A stretch of DNA of 36,066 bases. It comes from a virus (lineage: Duplodnaviria; Caudoviricetes). Location: positions 1 to 36,066 of the IMG/VR virus record IMGVR_UViG_3300037483_000233; one strand, written 5' to 3'. Below the pieces are notes generated by a model. The model was not told where the DNA came from and made no database searches. It worked only from the letters and a program-made list of their open reading frames with translations. The position numbers and the translations under genes were made by a program. Position 1 is the first letter of the stretch; each line of letters starts with the position of its first letter. This document shows, one piece after another, positions 33,188 through 36,066 of the stretch.

Positions 33188-33684
33188 AGCTTGTCCACGT
33201 CGACACCGACCAGCTGATAGGTGACCCCGCCGGACACGTCGACCTTCGTAGCGGAGTCCGTACCATCCAGCTTTCGGCGGGACTCCGAGATCTTCACGAG
33301 CCGATCGACGCACGCCAGGACCGCGCCCGTGTCATGGAGCGGCTCCTCACCGATGTACATGATCTTGCCGTTCGCGATGACGAAGTGCTGCCGCTCCAGT
33401 TCCGCGTGGACGAGCTGCTCGAGGCGGTCCAGCTTCTCCCGCTCGAGCTGGCGGAGGTTCGCTGCGGGCTCGGCCAGGGTCTCGGCCAGGGCGCGGTGCA
33501 CGGCAGCGTGGGCGGACTGCTTGCTGATCCCGAGGGCCTCGCCGATCTTGGCGAACGAGATGGACTGGGCACGGAGCCGGGCCGCCTCTGCGTCTCGCTC
33601 GACGGTGTCGGGGCTGCGGTCGTACCGGCCCTTACCGTCCCTGGTCTTGGTCAGGCTGGTCATGTTGTCAGGCTGGTCCGTCAT
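33184..33684 (-). CDS. terS: Terminase small subunit
   Basis: HTH LRAQSISFAKIGEALGISKQSAH, RRKLDGTD motif, position upstream of terL. Confidence 0.8.
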   Translation of the reverse strand: MTDQPDNMTSLTKTRDGKGRYDRSPDTVERDAEAARLRAQSISFAKIGEALGISKQSAHAAVHRALAETLAEPAANLRQLEREKLDRLEQLVHAELERQHFVIANGKIMYIGEEPLHDTGAVLACVDRLVKISESRRKLDGTDSATKVDVSGGVTYQLVGVDVDKL

Positions 33685-33746
33685 CTCGGTTCCTCTCGTA
33701 TGCCGGGGGCGCTCGAGCAGCGAACGCCCCCGGCGGTGGGGCTGGC

Positions 33747-34601
33747 CTACTCGTCGGTGTGGAGACCAGGGCCTCGGAACGCGCGCTTCGCGGCCTCCTC
33801 GACGGTCAGGCCGTCAGTCCGTGCGAGGCCGTCGAAGGCATTGCTACCGGTGGGCTGGCCATCCGCGGTGTAGGTGGGGATCTGCTTCAACTTGTCGCCC
33901 ATGGTGGCGCGGAAGGCATGGCCGAACAGCGGCGCCGCGTTGTCGAGGAATTCCCTGCTCCAGGGGCTGATGGTCAGGAACGCCGTCAACCGGTCACGGC
34001 CGATCAGCCAGTCGCCGGCGTGCGACAAACGCTTCCCGCCTGCGTCCGGGGTGGCCTCGGGGTCGTCGACGGTGATCCACAGTTGGAGGTCGACGAGGTC
34101 GCGCAGGCATTCCCACCCAAGCTGTCCGCGCTCCTCGTCGCGTTCACGCTGGGCACTGAGCGCGTCGGCCTGGTCCTGCCTGGCCCACCTGTCCGCCTCG
34201 TGGAGTGGGATGCCGAGTCGTTCGGCGACCTCGGACAGCAGGAGGTATTCCTCGGTGGCCTGGCCGTCGTCACCGTAGGCGGCGAAGTGGACAGTGGCCT
34301 GACCGAACCCGAACAGGTTGATGGCGCGGTCGTGGACGGGGAACAGTGGGGTGTTGACGTGGAACTTCTCCAGCGCCGCGGTGACCCGCTTGGCCTGGTC
34401 TTCGGGGCCTTCGTCCATCAAGGTCACGTCGTCGGATAGGCCGTGGCGGTAGGTGACCTTGAGGGCGAAGGTACGGAACTCGGTCCGGGCGATGTGGTCG
34501 ATCATCTGTTCCTTGGTCATCGCTGCGACCTCGCCGACGGTTTGGCCGGTGAGTTCGGCGATCGACTTGTAGGCGCGGTGTAGGTCGAGGTTGTCGGTCA
34601 T
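33747..34601 (-). CDS. Hypothetical 284-aa protein, possibly DNA-binding
   Basis: GGAGG RBS. LLSEVAERLGIP HTH-like segment. Flanked by hairpins. Confidence 0.65.
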   Translation of the reverse strand: MTDNLDLHRAYKSIAELTGQTVGEVAAMTKEQMIDHIARTEFRTFALKVTYRHGLSDDVTLMDEGPEDQAKRVTAALEKFHVNTPLFPVHDRAINLFGFGQATVHFAAYGDDGQATEEYLLLSEVAERLGIPLHEADRWARQDQADALSAQRERDEERGQLGWECLRDLVDLQLWITVDDPEATPDAGGKRLSHAGDWLIGRDRLTAFLTISPWSREFLDNAAPLFGHAFRATMGDKLKQIPTYTADGQPTGSNAFDGLARTDGLTVEEAAKRAFRGPGLHTDE

Positions 34602-34653
34602 GGGATCCTCCGTGGGTTGGCCGGACCCGTTAGGCGCGGGTCCGGCCGGCTGC

Positions 34654-34803
34654 TTACTGGGGCTGGTCGGTGGTGGCTGACGCGGTCGTGCACTCGTCGA
34701 GGACGTGGCCGATGTGGTCGAGGTCGGCGCTGATCTTGTCGAGGAGCTGGGCGGACCGGGCGGTGTATTCGGCGTCGGTCAGGTCGTCGGGCTGGCCGGT
34801 CAT
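34654..34803 (-). CDS. Small hypothetical protein
   Basis: AAGGAGAAG RBS and ATGA overlap. Confidence 0.5.
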   Translation of the reverse strand: MTGQPDDLTDAEYTARSAQLLDKISADLDHIGHVLDECTTASATTDQPQ

Positions 34804-35000
34804 GGTGCTTCTCCTTCTGTCCCGATGACGCGAGCAGCGAGTTGGGCGAGGCCGTCCCGCAGCTCCTGCTTCACGGCCAGGACGGCGAGCAGGACCTCGC
34901 ACGTGAGGCATGCGAGGCAGTCCTCAACGGGCTCGGGGTGCCGGAGACGGTGCGTGTCGATGGCCGGGCTGGACGCGGTGGCCTCCTCGTCGGCGCTCAT
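34800..35000 (-). CDS. Small Cys/His-containing hypothetical protein
   Basis: H...H....CLACLTC. ATGA overlaps. Confidence 0.5.
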   Translation of the reverse strand: MSADEEATASSPAIDTHRLRHPEPVEDCLACLTCEVLLAVLAVKQELRDGLAQLAARVIGTEGEAP

Positions 35001-35179
35001 GCGGCCGGGGCCCGGGTGATGCCGCTCTTCTTCATGTTGCGGCGGATGAGCTGGAGGGCGCGGCCGAGGTGCTCGGCGCAGAGGAGGAGTTCGCCGTCCG
35101 GGTCGACTGCTTCGGCGGTGCATTGCTCGCCGCGTTTTCCCAGGTAGCGACAGATGGTGCGGCGGATTGCGGTGGTCAT
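34997..35179 (-). CDS. Small zinc-finger-like protein
   Basis: CRYLGKRGEQC...LCAEH. TGATG coupling. Confidence 0.55.
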   Translation of the reverse strand: MTTAIRRTICRYLGKRGEQCTAEAVDPDGELLLCAEHLGRALQLIRRNMKKSGITRAPAA

Positions 35180-35481
35180 CAGAGCTGTCCCTCGTGGTTG
35201 TGGTTGTGGTTGATGTCCTTCTCGGCGTTGAGCCGCCGGAGGTCCTCGATCAGGACGTCGAAGCGGGCAGCGACCGCCCGCAGGTCGACGGTTTCCGCGC
35301 GGGCCTTAGCGAGGGCAGCGGCCGAGGTGCTGATCGCCTCGTCTGCGGGGGTGGGCGCGGCCGGGCGGAGTGCCCGGATTTGCCGGTTGAGCTTGCGGGT
35401 CATGCGGGCGAGGTTGACCAGCATGACCGCGTACACCAGCAGGACGGTGATTTCGACGTAGTGGTTGATCTGCTCGTACAT
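35179..35481 (-). CDS. Hypothetical protein with an N-terminal TM and coiled coil
   Basis: ITVLLVYAVMLV segment. AAGGGAAG RBS. Confidence 0.55.
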   Translation of the reverse strand: MYEQINHYVEITVLLVYAVMLVNLARMTRKLNRQIRALRPAAPTPADEAISTSAAALAKARAETVDLRAVAARFDVLIEDLRRLNAEKDINHNHNHEGQL

Positions 35482-35494
35482 GTGGAACTTCCCT

Positions 35495-36043
35495 TCAGGC
35501 CGCGGTGAGGTGCCGGGCCGGTGTGATGGTGGAGCCCCGGCCGACGTAGCCGGGGATGTTGGCGAGCCGGAACGCGTGGCTGATGCGCGCGGCCTCGGTC
35601 AGGTCGTCGTACACACCGAGGGACCGGGTGGTCTTCCGGGTCTGGACGCGGACTCTCCAGCGGCCATCGGGGGCTGCGTGGACTCCGAGGTGTCCGCTGA
35701 TCCCGAGCGGCCTGCGGTTCGCGCTGTTCTCCTCGGAGGTGACGAGCCGAAGATTCGAGCGGCTGCAGTCGAGGGGGTTGCCGTTGCGGTGGTCGACGAG
35801 CTGGCCGTCGCGCGGCTTGAGGCCGAGGAGGTGTCTGTGCAGCAGCTCGTGGCGGCTATCGGCCCAAAGCTGGGCGTAGCCGTGACTGCCGATGCTCAGC
35901 CGCCGGCCGCCGAGGAGGTCGAGGTCCGCCTGGTCGAGTCGGACCTTGACCGGGCCGAGCTTGGTTGAGGCGAGGAGGGTGACGGTGGTCGACTGGCTGA
36001 GGTCGAGGGCGAGCTGGAGGGGGATGACGCGACTGTGCTTCAT
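35495..36043 (-). CDS. HNH endonuclease (HNH_3) with an AP2-like C-terminal domain
   Basis: LLHR, VDHRNGNPLDCSRSNLRLVT..EN..N, SGHLGV...WRVRV...LGVY...EAA. Confidence 0.88.
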   Translation of the reverse strand: MKHSRVIPLQLALDLSQSTTVTLLASTKLGPVKVRLDQADLDLLGGRRLSIGSHGYAQLWADSRHELLHRHLLGLKPRDGQLVDHRNGNPLDCSRSNLRLVTSEENSANRRPLGISGHLGVHAAPDGRWRVRVQTRKTTRSLGVYDDLTEAARISHAFRLANIPGYVGRGSTITPARHLTAA

Positions 36044-36066
36044 GGGCTTCTTCCTGTTGGTTGGGT

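Larger units (their letters stand above)
260..36043. mobile_element. Temperate actinophage (siphovirus-type) carrying an AICE-like transfer module, in attP (non-integrated) configuration
   Basis: Virion and lysis genes, integrase, xis, repressor, attP, Prim-Pol and TraB-like gene lie on one contiguous stretch with no recognisable host housekeeping genes. The element probably extends past both window edges. Confidence 0.85.

Noticed and set aside
35495-36043. Terminase-associated cos-cleavage HNH (HK97 gp74 type)
   Set aside because: It has HNH_3 plus AP2 architecture typical of homing-type nucleases and is not adjacent to terS.

Overview
High-GC actinomycete temperate siphovirus-like element; the window cuts it at both ends. 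The right two-thirds (14.1-36 kb, minus strand) is an apparently complete packaging, head, tail and lysis module: HNH-AP2 nuclease, TerS, PBSX-type TerL, HK97-type portal, ClpP-like protease, major capsid, neck proteins, two tail-tube paralogues, frameshifted tail chaperone, tape measure, tail tip, holin-like protein and amidase endolysin. The left third carries an iteron region, Prim-Pol replicase, Xis, long XRE repressor, tyrosine integrase and an intact attP matching the 3' half of tRNA-Arg(ACG). Directly after attP sits an AICE/plasmid-type transfer operon: Spd-like membrane genes, a DUF2637 protein and an FtsK/SpoIIIE TraB-like translocase. A DUF6879/XRE-DUF5753 cassette follows. The main candidate novelty is a phage-AICE hybrid that could spread both as virions and by TraB-mediated mycelial conjugation. 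Secondary signals are a hidden overlapping gene with an ATC start, TTA codons at the expected ends of two regulators, twin RNA hairpins after the capsid gene, and a compensated non-canonical T-arm pair in attP. All family calls come from motif recognition by eye; no database searches were run.
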